DNA from: Isurus oxyrinchus
Lineage: Eukaryota
NCBI GenBank assembly: GCA_026770705.1
Contig: JANJGN010000071.1
Span: 744,001 to 808,000 of the forward strand
Direction: 5' to 3'
DNA length: 64,000 nt
A program made the position numbers and the translations under genes. The notes under the pieces are model-generated. The model saw nothing but the letters and a program-made list of their open reading frames with translations, was not told the origin of the DNA and made no database searches. Positions 23,717 to 36,470 of this stretch are shown here, in pieces (position 1 is the stretch's first letter; the number at the start of each line of letters is the position of its first letter).

Positions 23717-25785
23717 GGTGAGGTGAGAGTGACTGCCTTTGACATCAAGGCTGCATTTGACCGAGTGTGGCATCTAGGAGCCCGAGCAAAACTGGAGTCA
23801 ATGGGAATCAGGGGTGGTACGAAAGTATAATAATTTGCTTAATATTTTCCTGGTTTGCTGTAAACTAGGTTTATGGGTGTGAGTGTAGATGGGTCTGTCT
23901 GTGTAGTTTAATTACATCTGGAGACAGGTAGACTGCAAGTTTGAGATTATCAAAAGAAGCTAGATGTAGAAATGTACTTGAAATGCTAATGAGAACACAT
24001 GGAGGCTGCCTTAGCATGTAAGGTGTGAAGGGGCTGTTTAGATTTCAAAGGGATGTTGGTCTGTTTAGGACAAGCCCAATAAGCAAAGCTAAGGAGTTTT
24101 TTTTTAATTTTACCCAAACTTCATTGACAATATTGGCAACATGAAAGTTTATATTATGGGAAAGGTACAGTTCCAAAGAATTTACACATCAAAGAGAGAG
24201 AAACATGTATAAAGGAGAATGAAAGGCTATGTTGGGGGCCATGTAAGATCTAACAGGAGTGTGTGAAATAGACTTGAAGAAGCCTCCAGGCATTTGTGCA
24301 TAAGTCTGTTATGTTCAGTAAATAAAGTTGGAGAAACCCATTTAGAATTCCAGTGTCAAGTGTGTGCTGTGTTAACTCGCTGGATTTGTTTTTAATCTAA
24401 AATCTTATTTTGGACTGTTGCCTTAAAAGGGGTATGTAACTGGGAGTCAGGTTAATTAGGAATTTGAGAATATATTTTAGCTGTAACTAACCGTGGTATT
24501 ATGTCTGTGCTTGAAATCTTTTATTTTGTTAATAAATATCTTAATTGAATTTTTAAAATCTCTAAAGGTTGTGGTCAACTCATTACTCCTGAATTCAGTG
24601 CACGCTTCTTGTAATAAATACAAATTGCAAAACTATTGTGATAGCGTGACCAATTTTCCCTTGTGGATTTGGAGCACCAAGCACACATCATCTGCCATGT
24701 CATGTCACAGGGAAAACTCTCCACTCGTTGGATTCATACCAAGTACAAAGGAAGGTGGTTGTGGTTGTTGGAGGTCAGTCATCTCAGTTCCAGGACAGCA
24801 CTGCAGGAGTTGCTCAGTGTAGTGTCCTAGGCCCAACCATCTTCAGCTGCTTCATCAATGACATTCATTCTATCAGATGGTCAGAATTATGGAAGGTCGC
24901 TGATGATTGCACAACGTTCAACATCATTCATGACTCATCAGATGCTGAAGCAGTCCATGTCCAAATGCAGCAAGACCTGGACAATATCCAGGCTTGGCCT
25001 GACAAGTGGCAAGTAACATTCATGCCACACAAGTGCCAGGCAATGACCATTTCCAACCAGAGAGAATATATCCATCTCCCCTTAATGTCCAATATCATCA
25101 CCATTGCTGAATCCCACACTATCAACACTCTGGGGGTTACCAATGACTAGAAACTGAACTGTACTAGCCATATAAACACTGTGACTATAAGAGCAGGCCA
25201 GAGCCTGGGAATCCTGTGGTGAGTAACTCACCTCCTGACTCCCCAAAGCCTGTCCACCAACCTCAAGGCACAGGTCAGAAGTGATGGAATACTCTCCACT
25301 TTTCTAGATGAGTGCAGCTCCAACAACACTCAAGAAGCTCGACACCGTCCAGGACAAAGCAGCCCTGCTTGATTTGCGCCCCGTCCACAAACATTCTCTC
25401 CCTCTACAACTGACGCACAGTGGCAGCAGTGTGTGTACCATCTACAAGATGCAATGCAGGGAGTCACCAAGCCTCCTTAGACAGCACCTTCCAAACACAT
25501 GACCACTACCATCTCGAAGGACAAGGGCAGCAGACACATGGGAACACCACCACCTGGAAGTTCCCCTCCAAGTCACTTACAATCCTGACTTGGAAATATA
25601 TCACCGTTCCTTCACTGTCGCTGGGTCAGAATCCTGCAACACCCTCCCAAACAGTTCTGTGGGTGTACCTACACCACAGGGACTGCAGCAGCTCAAGAAG
25701 GCAGCTCACCCCCATATTCTCAAGGACAATTAGGGATGGGCAATAAATTCTGGCCTCGCCAGTGTCAGTGAATGAATACAAAAAA
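23717..25785 (+). mobile_element. Non-LTR retrotransposon (CR1/L2 group) RT fragment inserted in the 3' UTR
   Basis: AFDIKAAFDRVWH, SVLGPTIFSCFIND, ADDCT and WQVTF.PHKCQ motifs. Interrupted by a solo LTR. Confidence 0.8.
23815..24709 (+). mobile_element. Probable solo LTR nested in the LINE
   Basis: TG...CA termini splitting the LINE motif ggaatcagggg/gggaaaactctcc. Internal TATAAA at ~24208 and AATAAA at ~24531 and ~24613. Confidence 0.65.
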
Positions 25786-26189
25786 GAAGCAATTAAAATG
25801 TCCTGACATTTCTGTACATTTTTATCAAATTAAATACGTACTCTAGTGAATAATTCCATTCTCCAAGGCACCACTTCCTGTTGTCACATGTCCTTCTGAT
25901 TATTTAAATTCCTGTGTCATTGGTAATGGAACATTCCCATGTAAACATGTCACGCTGTAATTACAGCCTCCTGCCAGTGGTGGTGCTTTAGTGTCCTAGT
26001 TTTGCTTCTCAGAGACTGTAGGAGCTGTATACATTGTGTTTACAATATTAGTAACACTCAGGGGTGACCAGGGGGATTCTTTTGGCCAAGTTTACGATGT
26101 TGCTAACATACAATGGCCCCGTGGGATTTTTCCTACTGCGTTTACAAGGTTGAATTGAAGAGATTTTTGAAGTGTCTGGCACAGTTTTA

Positions 26190-26740
26190 TTAAGATCCCC
26201 TCACATCCAATCTGGAGTCACTGGGTTCAGTTCTGGGTCCAGCAGCTTAGGAAGGATATATTGTCCTTGGAGGGGGTGCTGTGCAGTGTCACCAGGATGA
26301 TCCCGGGTCTGAAAGGGTTAAATCCCGAGGACAGGTTGCACAGACCAGGCTTGTGGTCCCTCGAGTCTCGAAGATTAAGGGGTGATCTAATCGAGGGGTT
26401 TAAGTTGATTAAAGGCTTTGTTACGGGCAATAGAGAGAAACTATTTCCTCTGATGGGGTTGAGGTGAGGAGGGTTCAGAACAAGGGAGCAGAACATTAAC
26501 ATTGGAGCCAGGCCGTTCAGGGGTGGTGATGTCAGGAAGCACTTCTTCACACAAAGCGGGGGTGGAAATCTGGAACTCTCTCCCCCAGAAAAAGCTGTCG
26601 AGACTGGGAGGGGTCAATTGTAAATTTCAAAACTGAGATTGGGAGATTGTTGTTGGGTCGGGGGTTAAGGGTTACAGAACCGAGGCGGGTGGATGGGGTT
26701 AAGATACAGATCGGACGTGATCCAATCAAATGTTAGGACT
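26190..26740 (+). mobile_element. CR1 LINE 3' fragment
   Basis: RMIPGLKGL..SLESRRLRGDLIE. A very similar copy lies at 60150-60640. Confidence 0.8.
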
Positions 26741-27779
26741 GTGAGTCTCAGGGAGGCTGGCCCAACCCCAGACGCAGCCGTCTCTGTGACCTGCTTCAAC
26801 CCTGTTGGTCAGCAATGACAACATGAGTTGATGTTAGCCTGATATGTAGTGCATGGAGGGATATTACTCTCCAGGGTGTGTGTGCATCACAGTGCTCATT
26901 CACATGTGTTCCATGTGCACCTACATCAGCTGTGTAGACATACAAGCCTCAATACTGCATCCGGGGAATGTACCATGTCTCACACCTTAGCTGCAGCACG
27001 ACCCTTCCCTTGGAGCTCTGTGTGCTCGAGACATATTTTGTTATTTTTTCCTGCCGTCTCTGTGTCCCCCGACCCGGGAGTGAAAATCCGGCCTTAACTT
27101 CCACTTTCTAGTGTCTGAGACAAGAGGCAATGAGTGAGTGGGCTGACGGTCAGGATTAATGCTGTTAATCTGTGTTTGAGGGGCTGTGAATTCTCGGGGG
27201 ACTAGTTACTCTCTGAGCAGCAGCTTCCAAATCCTTATTTGATGCCGTGCATGTGTGGTTGGAAGATTTTTTTAAAACCACAGGCAGTTCACAGAAACCC
27301 ACAGGAAACCCACAGAGAGACAGTCACTGAGAAAGTCACTCACTCCTTGTGGTTTCACCTTTTAACCACATCCTGTCTGTGTGGCTTAAATGTTAAACAC
27401 AGTGGCCAGACTCAAGGAGGTTTCACTCTGTNNNNNNNNNNNNNNNNNNNNNNNNNNNNNNNNNNNNNNNNNNNNNNNNNNNNNNNNNNNNNNNNNNNNN
27501 NNNNNNNNNNNNNNNNNNNNNNNNNNNNNNNNNNNNNNNNNNNNNNNNNNNNNNNNNNNNNNNNNNNNNNNNNNNNNNNNNNNNNNNNNNNNNNNNNNNN
27601 NNNNNNNNNNNNNNNNNNNNNNNNNNNNNNNNNNNNNNNNNNNNNNNNNNNNNNNNNNNNNNNNNNNNNNNNNNNNNNNNNNACTTACAGACAGACACAA
27701 ACACACACATTCACACACACACACACATTCACTCACACACTCACTCACACACACAAACACACACACAAAGAAAATATCC

Positions 27780-28590
27780 CAATGACAACAAACTGCGATT
27801 AAGAGCTTCCTACAACTTAACTAACAGACCAAAGACATATTGAACTGTCTAAAAGCGACCTGTTTTTCAAAGAAATACAAGATTGTACACAGATCAAAAA
27901 TGGCTGACACAAGTCACCTGATTGCTGATACTGTGAAGTTGATCACTTCTCTGGAAAGGTTCAAATGAATTGCACTGCAGACCTGTTGCATGGAAGTTCA
28001 CGCCTGGGGTGTGTCAGGGTCCACTTCAAATAGAGACACTCTTAAAAGGAAGGCATTAAAATGTAAAGTGCTGGACTTTGATCAGCTGTAGTTCAATCAA
28101 AACATTGGGAACTGCTCACCAAGCGGATAATCATCAACCATTCAAAACCCCCTGTGGAGGATACAATACCCCCGTCTCCTGTTGATTTATATCTTGAAAT
28201 GCATCAAAGGATTCAGAGATGCAAAGATAAAAAAATGGGAATACTTGGTCTATAACAATGAATGCAAAACATGCTGATCGAATTGACTTCAGGGATATAC
28301 AGACAGGAGTTTAACAAATGGTTCTGCCAAGCAGATATAAGAGAAAGGAGGGGAAAAAGAAATATGGCAGTCTTCCACAAACACTGCTGGAAAAGAGCAG
28401 AAATTCTCTCTCTCTCTTTCTGAAGCTAACAGCGCATCTTCAACAAAGTGCAAATCTGAATCAAATCACCACCAGGATGCCACAGGAAACCAATTAACCT
28501 TGAACAGCTGCAAACGTCAACAATCTACACCTCAAAGACAAGCAATTGTATTAATCATATATTCTTTTAAATTTTTATTGGACTCTAACN
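27780..28590 (+). mobile_element. Possible LTR-like element bounded by N-runs
   Basis: A-rich non-coding block with gatataagag followed by a (CT)n run. Termini are not visible. Confidence 0.25.
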
Positions 28591-29719
28591 NNNNNNNNNN
28601 NNNNNNNNNNNNNNNNNNNNNNNNNNNNNNNNNNNNNNNNNNNNNNNNNNNNNNNNNNNNNNNNNNNNNNNNNNNNNNNNNNNNNNNNNNNNNNNNNNNN
28701 NNNNNNNNNNNNNNNNNNNNNNNNNNNNNNNNNNAGTGTGTGTCTGTCTATGTACCCTTGTGAGTGAGTGTGTGTGTGTGTGAACATGTGTGCGTGTGGA
28801 TTGTTGCATCTTTATTATTAACGTTATTTAAAAATAGTGATCACACAAGCCTGGTTTCTAAGGAAATGAAACTGCAAACAATTTACAGTAAAGTGAAACG
28901 TACAGGAATAATCTATTTATTTTGAGCTGATGATATATAATTATACATGAGGCATGTTGCTAATTTCAAATGTCATCTGAAATATGGCAGGTCTGACAGA
29001 GCAGCATTCCCTCAGTGCCCACCCTCTGACAGTGCAGCACTCCCTCAGCACTGACCCTTTGAGAGTGCAGCACTCCTTCAGTACCGACCCTCCGACAGTG
29101 CAGCACTCCCTCAGTACTTACCCTCTGACAGTGCAGCACGCCCTCAGTACTGATCCTCTGACAGTGCAGCACTCCCTCACCACTCCCTCACTGGGGAGAA
29201 TCTACCTGGGTTTTGAGCTGAAATCATGAGCAGGTCTTAAAACATTCTGTATCAGAGAGAGAGAGAGTGTCTGAGAGACAGAGAGAGACCGAGAGACTGT
29301 GTGAGAGAGGAAAAGAGATAGAGAGAGTGTGTGCATGTGTGAGGGAGAGTGTTTGTATATGAGGGAGAGAGTGTGCATGTGATAATGTGTGAGAGAGAGT
29401 GTGTGAGAGAGAGTGTGTGTGTGACAGAGAGAGTTTGTGTGTGTGAGAGAGAGTGTGTGTGAGAGAGCGTGTGTTTGTGACAGAGAGTGTGTGTGTGTGC
29501 GAGGGAGAGAAAGAGGGAGACAGCAGAAGAGCGAGATGAAGAGAAATGTTAAATGTTTGAGAGAGAGAGAATGTGTGTGTCTGTGAGAGAGAGTGTGTGT
29601 GTGTGAGAGAGAGTGTGTGCTTGACAGAAAGGGAGATTGTGTTAGTTTTAGGGAAAGTGTGTGAGTGTGTGAGAGAGTGTTTGTGTCTGAGAGAGAGAGA
29701 GAATGTATTTGAGGGAGGG

Positions 29720-30661
29720 AGACAGAGAGAATGTGTGTGTGAGAGAGAGAGATAGAGCAGAAGAGTGTGATAGAGAGAGATTGTGTTTGTTAGAGAGAGA
29801 AAGTGTGTGTGTGAGAGAGAGAGAGATAGAGCAGAAGAGTGTGATAGAGAGAGATTGTGAGTGTTAGAGAGAGAATGTGTGTGTGTGTGAGAGAGATAGA
29901 GCAGAAGATTGTGATAGAGAGAGATTGTGTGTGTTAGAGAGAGAAGGTGTGTGTGTGAGAGAGAGAGAGATAGAGCAGAAGAGTGTGATAGAGAGAGATT
30001 GTGAGTGTTAGAGAGAGAATGTGTGTGTGTGAGAGAGAGAGATAGAGCAGAAGAGTGTGATAGAGAGAGATTGTGAGTGTTAGAGAGAGAATGTGTGTGT
30101 GTGAGAGAGAGAGATAGAGCAGAAGAGTGTGATAGAGAGAGATTGCGAGCGTTAGAGAGAGAATGTGTGTGTGTGAGAGAGAGAGAGATAGAGCAGAAGA
30201 GTGTGATAGAGAGAGATTGTGAGTGTTAGAGAGAGAATGTGTGTGTGTGAGAGAGAGAGAGAGAGCAGAAGAGTGTGATAGAGAGAGATTGTGTTTGTTA
30301 GAGAGAGAATGTGTGTGTGTGAGAGAGAGATAGAGCAGAAGAGTGTGATAGAGAGAGATTGTGAATGTTAGAGAGAGAAAGTGTGTGTGAGAGAGAGAGA
30401 GATAGAGCAGAAGAGTGTGATAGAGAGAGATTGTGAGTGTTAGAGAGAGAATGTGTGTGTGAGAGAGAGATAGAGCAGAAGAGTGTGATAGAGAGAGATT
30501 GTGAGTGTTAGAGAGAGAATGTGTGTGTGTGAGAGAGAGAGAGAGATCGAGCAGAGGAGTGTTTTAGAGAGAGATTGTGTTTGTTAGAGAGAGAATGTGT
30601 GTGTGTGAGAGAGAGATAGAGCAGAAGAGTGTGATAGAGATTGTGAGTGTTAGAGAGAGAA

Positions 30662-30692
<31 letters not shown>

Positions 30693-31060
30693 GCAGAAGA
30701 GTGCGATAGAGAGAGATTGTGAGTGTTAGAGAGAGAATGTGTGTGTGTGAGAGAGAGAGAGAGAGATAGAGCAGAAGAGTGTGATAGAGAGAGATTGTGA
30801 GTGTTAGAGAGAGAATGTGTGTGTGTGTGAGAGAGAGAGATAGAGCAGAAGAGTGTGATAGAGAGAGATTGTGTTTGTTAGAGAGAGAATGTGTGTGTGA
30901 GAGGGAGAGATAGAGCAGAAGAGTGCGATAGAGAGAGATTGTGAGTGTTAGAGAGAGAATGTGAGTGTGAGAGAGAGAGATAGAGCAGAAGAGTGCGATA
31001 GAGAGAGATTGTGAGTGTTAGAGAGAGAGATAGAGCAGAAGAGTGTGATAGATAGAGATT
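29720..31060. repeat. Compound GA/GT satellite (~62-bp unit)
   Basis: Reverse complement of the array at 11620-13300. Confidence 0.9.
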
Positions 31061-31329
31061 GTGAGGACTAAACTCACTGAGAGAAAAAGCTGGACACCCA
31101 GCACAGGGAGTGAGGGAACAATGAATTTTTGCCGTGTTTGGTGAATCGGTTTGCGATGTCCCTTCTCAATCTCTCCTTCCTTGTCTTGACATTAGTTTAT
31201 TCCCTGGGGCTGTTTAACTCACTGAAAGGTGCCATTTAAACACAAGTTGTTGTTTGAGGAAGAAACGCTGGGGACAATTTATGAAAAAGTCTCTGTCTTT
31301 ATCATTTCCATTTAGATGAGGAACTGAAG

Positions 31330-32497
31330 ATGGGAGAGGTCGGGCTGATATTGATCTTCATCAGCTTGCTGCAAGGTACAAATTCATTACTGATCGGAAC
31401 TCAGGGAATTGGATTCTTTCCTGGAGTGAGGAAGTGAACATTTAATTTTAGAGAACAGGGTTAGTGATCACACAGAGAGTGAGTGATTAGCGAGTCAGAG
31501 AATGTAGCAAAAGCAAAAGTCTCATACGGACTCGAAACACCAACTCTGTTTCTCTCTCCACAGATGCTGTCAGACCCGCTGAGTTTTTCCAGCATTTTCT
31601 GTTTGTGCATCAGAGAGCTTGTTTCAATAGGAATGACAGTGCATTTATATAGCACCTTTAATGCAGTAAAACATCCTTATTGCTTCACAGGATTCCCCCA
31701 CAAGGGGTAACATCCCCTCAGCATCGACCCTGTCAAACCCCCCACCACCTCAGAATCTTATATGTTTCAATAAGATCACCTCTCATTCTTCTAAACTCCA
31801 ATGGATACAGGGCCCAACCTGCTCAACATTTCCTCATAAGACAAACCCCCTTCATCCCAGGAATCAGCCCAGTGATCCTCCTCTGAGCTGCCTCCAATGC
31901 AGAGTCTATCCCTCCCTAAGTAAGGAGACCAGAACTGTACACACTGCTCCTGATACAATCTCACCAACGCCCTGTGCAGCTGTTGCAAGACTTCCCTCCT
32001 TTTATACTCCATCCCTTTGCAATAAAGGCCAACATTCCACTTGCCTTCCTCATTCCGTGCTGTTCTTGAATGCTGACTTTCTGTGATTCATGTACAAGGA
32101 CACCCAGATCCCTCTGTACCGCATTCTGCTGCCTCTCTCCATTGAAGTAATATTCTGCTTTTTGATGTCCTGTCTCTTCCCTTGTTGCCTTTCAGGAGTG
32201 ACGTCAGAGGGATGGTCTATGAAGGTGCTGCCTCGGAGGGCCATCAGCAGCTCTTGTGTGGTTATTCCGTGTAGCTTTGACTTTCCTTCCCACTCTTACA
32301 CAGCACTGCACGGAGCTTGGTATAAATATTGGTATAGATGGAAATATACCATCACATACACCAAAGATCCCAACTATGGGATGGCCACATTCGTGGGACG
32401 TGCTAAAATAATCGCCGACTTGGAAGGGAAGAATTGTTTGGTGAGGATTGACAGTCTCAGAGCTGAAGACAGTGACGTGTATTGCACCCAATTCTAA
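31330..32497 (+). pseudogene. Siglec-like leader (31330-31375) and V-set exon (32196-~32482), truncated by Gypsy sequence
   Basis: Leader MGEVGLILIFISLLQG|gt, acceptor tttcag| at 32196, V-set to DSDVY followed by CTQF*. Confidence 0.85.
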
Positions 32498-32884
32498 ATC
32501 TTTTCACCAATTAGTCGACCTCATGAAGATGTGTTTTCAGCTGAAGCCGTGGGTAATAATGAAAAGGTTTAAGTTTAACTCCAGAGTAAGGGCCCAGGGA
32601 GAGTCCATCGCAACCTATACAGTGAAGTGGAAGCAGGTGACTGAGCACTGGGACCTCGGAGACACACTCAATGACATGTTGCGGGGCCGATTGGTTTGTG
32701 TCGTTCACCCCAACGCCATTCAGAGCCGTTTACTCACAGAAGCCGACATCAATTTGAAGCGCACCATGAAAATAGCGCCAGGCATGGAAAGTGCTGGGAG
32801 AGACTGGCGGGATTTACAGGATGTACAACATGGCACCAGTCCTCAGCTGGGACAGGAACCAACCACCGGGCGTGAGGCTCAAAC

Positions 32885-32923
<39 letters not shown>

Positions 32924-33608
32924 CCGCCAAGCGAGAGACAGTCTCTGCCGCTCCAGAAACTAAAAGGCTTCGTGGGAGTATTTCAGCAGCAACTCCGAAG
33001 TTGGTCTGTTCTCGATGTGGGGGGCATTGAGCACGTACTGGACACCTGCAGGTCCAAGGGGGCAGAATGCCATCACTGCCACAAGAAAGGGGCGGGAAAT
33101 AAAGCAATGCAGGGTGAAATCGAGACAGCCCATCAGGCAGTGCACCAACATGATGGAAGTGAATAATATCACAGAGCCTGAAGCTGCTGATACCAATGTC
33201 TATTCCCTGTCCAATGTCACAGTGGTAAAAACTGAACCTATAACCATCACAACCCAAGTGAATGGGCAGCCACTAGTAATGGGGCAGATACGGGAGCCTC
33301 AGACACAGTGGTGGAAGAGCTCACATTTAAACAGCTAAATGAAGGAACCCAGACGCTGAATTTAGAGCCAACAATGGATCAGCTGAAAACACACACTGGA
33401 GAATCCATACAGGGAAAGGACCTCATCCCAGTACCTGTGTCCTACAGGCAGCAGACAGCCCAGCTTCCAGTGATCATAGCGACAGGTGAGGGCCCTAGTC
33501 TTCTGGGCCGAGACTGGTTCCAGAAAACCAAGCTCAGCTGCTCTGAAATGTTTCACTGGAGGAGTTGCTGAGTTGCTGGGGGAATATGAGAGTGTATCTC
33601 GGAATGAG
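32483..33608 (+). mobile_element. Gypsy internal fragment (gag-protease)
   Basis: Mirror of 9085-10199; KRFKFNSRVRAQGESIATY and PSLLGRDW. Confidence 0.85.
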
Positions 33609-33845
33609 TTTGAAGAATTGAAGCATCCTCACAGGCTGCAAGTGTCCCTCAGGTCAGAGTTGGTTCCACTGGAAAATCCTGAAGAGAAAGAAAGCGAATT
33701 CTGTGCCGCTCTGAGCAAACTGAAGAAACAGTTGGCAGGGAAGACCCAACCATGTCCAATGTTCCAGGAGGAAGGCAAGAGATACAAGGAAGAGACTGAA
33801 GAGCTGAAGATTCAGCTGAATGAAACCAAAGAGGCAGTTACAGTA
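33608..33845 (+). pseudogene. Coiled-coil coding fragment (UACA/RAI14-like?)
   Basis: Mirror of 8850-9085. Confidence 0.35.
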
Positions 33846-33869
33846 TCACAACAATTTTACAGAACAGAA

Positions 33870-34320
33870 GGAGGCCATTCAGCCCGTCGAGCCTGTTACA
33901 CAGGAACAGGAAGAGGCCCATTCAGCCCCCTCGAGACTGTTACACAGGAACAGAAGGGGGCCATTCAGCCCATTGAGCCTGTTACACAGATACAGGAAGA
34001 GGCCATTCAGCCCCCTCAAGACTGTTACACAGGAACAGGAGCAAGCCCATTCAGCCACTGATGTCTGTTACACAGGAACTGGAGGAGGCCCATTTAGCTC
34101 CTCGAGCCTGTTACACAGGAACTGGAGGAGGCCCATTCAGCTCCCTCAAGCCTGTTACACAGGAACTGGAGGAGGCCCATTCAGCCCCCTCGAGCCTGTT
34201 ACACAAGAACAGGAGGAGGCCCATTCAGCCCAATTGAGCCTGTTACACAGAAAAAGGACGAGGCCCATTCAGCCACTGATGCCCGTTACACAGGAACAGG
34301 AGGAGGCCATTCAGCCCCTT
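33870..34320. repeat. ~42-bp CR1-derived minisatellite
   Basis: cctgttacacaggaacaggaggaggcccattcagccc units. Confidence 0.85.
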
Positions 34321-34569
34321 GTAGGGTGTGGTGGTGTGTGTCAGCTTCACCTGCGACTTCTGAGCCATCTGAATCACTCCCACTCCCTGGGTTCTAGACC
34401 TTGGACTTATTCGGGGCTTGTCACAAAGTGCAGCAGACAACTGGTTTTGGGCCTTCATGGGCCCAGCCTCCTGTCTGCAGGGTTTTCCACTTAACTCAGC
34501 AGTTTAAAGGTGCAAAAGTGATATCCTTGTTGATGATATGGAAAATGTGGGAATTTTGAGAACCCTTCA

Positions 34570-36470
34570 AGAGATAGGGAGGGTTGTACGGGCTGGAGGA
34601 GATTACAGAGATAGGGATGGTTGTAGGGGCTGGAGGAGATTACAGAGATAGGGAGGGTTGTACGGGCTGGAGGAGGTTACAGAGATAGGGAGGGTTGTAG
34701 GGGCTGGTGGAGGTTACAGAGATTGGGATTGTTGTAGGGGCTGGAGGAGGTTACAGAGATAGGGATTGTTGTAGGGGTTGGAGAAGGTTACAGAGATAGT
34801 GAGGGTTGTAGGGGTTGGAGGAGGTTACAGAGATAGTGAGGGTTGTAGGGGTTGGAGGAGGTTACAGAGATAGTGAGGGTTGTAGGGGTTGGAGGAGGTT
34901 ACAGAGATAGGGAGGGTTGTAGGGGTTGGAGGAGGTTACAGAGATAGGGAGGGGTGTAGGGGTTGAAGGTGGTTACAGAGATGGGAAGGGTTGTGGGGGT
35001 TGGAGGTGGTTACAGATATAGGGAGGGGTGTAGGGGTTGAAGGTGGTTACAGAGATGGGGAGGATTGTAGGGACTGGAGGAGGTTACAGAGATAGGGAGG
35101 GTTGTAGGGGCTGGAGGAGGTTACAGAGATAGGGAAGGTTGTAGGGGCTGGAGGAGGTTACAGAGATAGGGAAGGTTGTAGGGGCTGGAGGAGGACACAG
35201 AGATAGGGAGGGTTTTAGGGGCTGGAGGAGGTTACAGAAATAGGGAGGGTTGTAGGGGCTGGAGGATGACACAGAGATAGGGCGAGTTGCAGGGGGTGGA
35301 GCAGGTTGTAGAGATAGGGAGGGTTGTAGGGACTGGAACAGATTACAGAAATAGGGAGGGTACTGGGGGTTGGAGGAAGTTACAGAGATGGGGAGCATTG
35401 TCAAGGCTGGTGGAGGCTTGAGAGATAGGGAGTGTTACAGTGGCTAGGAGGTTACAGGTATAAGGGTGTTGTGGGGCTGGAGGTTGTTACAGAGATAGAG
35501 AGGATTGTATGGGCTTGTGGAGGAGGTTACATATATAGGAAGGGTTGGAGGAGGTTACAGAGATGGGGAGGACTGTAGAGGATGGAGGAGGTTACAGAGA
35601 TAGGGATTGTTGTAGGGGCTGGAGGAGGTTACAGAGATAGGGAGGGTTATAGGGACTGGAGGAGGTTACAGAGATAGGGAGGGTTGTAGAGACTGTAGGA
35701 TGTTACAGAGATAGGGATTGTTGTAGGGGCTGGAGGAGGTTACAGAGATAGGGAGGGTTGTAGGGGCTGGAGGAGGTTACAGAGATAGGGATTGTTGTAG
35801 GGGCTGGAGGAGGTTACAGAGATAGGGAGGGTTGTAGGGGTTGGAGGAGGTTACAGAGATAGGGAGGGTTGTAGGGGTTGGAGGAGGTTAATGAGATAGG
35901 GATGGTTGTAGGGGTTGGAGGAGGTTAATGAGATAGGGATGGTTGTAGGGGTTGGAGGAGGTTACAGAGATAGTGAGGGTTGTAGGGGTTGGAGGAGGTT
36001 ACAGAGATAGTGAGGGTTGTAGGGGTTGGAGGAGGTTAATGAGATAGGGATGGTTGTAGGGGTTGGAGGAGGTTACAGAGATAGTGAGGGTTGTAGGGGC
36101 TGGAGGAGGTTACAGAGATAGTGAGGGTTGTAGGGGTTGGAGGAGGTTACAGAGATAGGGAGGGTTGTAGGGGTTGGAGGAGGTTACAGAGATAGGGAGT
36201 GGTGTAGGGGCTGGAGGAGGTTACAGAGATAGGGAGGGTTACAGGGGCTGGAGGAGGTTACAGGTATAGGGAGGGGTGTAGGGGTTGAAGGTGGTTACAG
36301 AGATGGGGAGGGTTGTGGGGGTTGGAGGTGGTTACAGATATAGGGAGGGGTGTAGGGGTTGAAGGTGGTTACAGAGATGGGGAGGATTGTAGAGGCAGGT
36401 GGAGGCTGCCTAAGGGAGGGTTGTAGGGGCTGGAGGAAAGGGAGAGAGAGAGGAGGTTACAGATATAGGT
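34570..36470. repeat. 37-bp minisatellite, ~1.9 kb
   Basis: About 50 tandem units, much longer than its mirror at 7440-7950. Confidence 0.92.
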
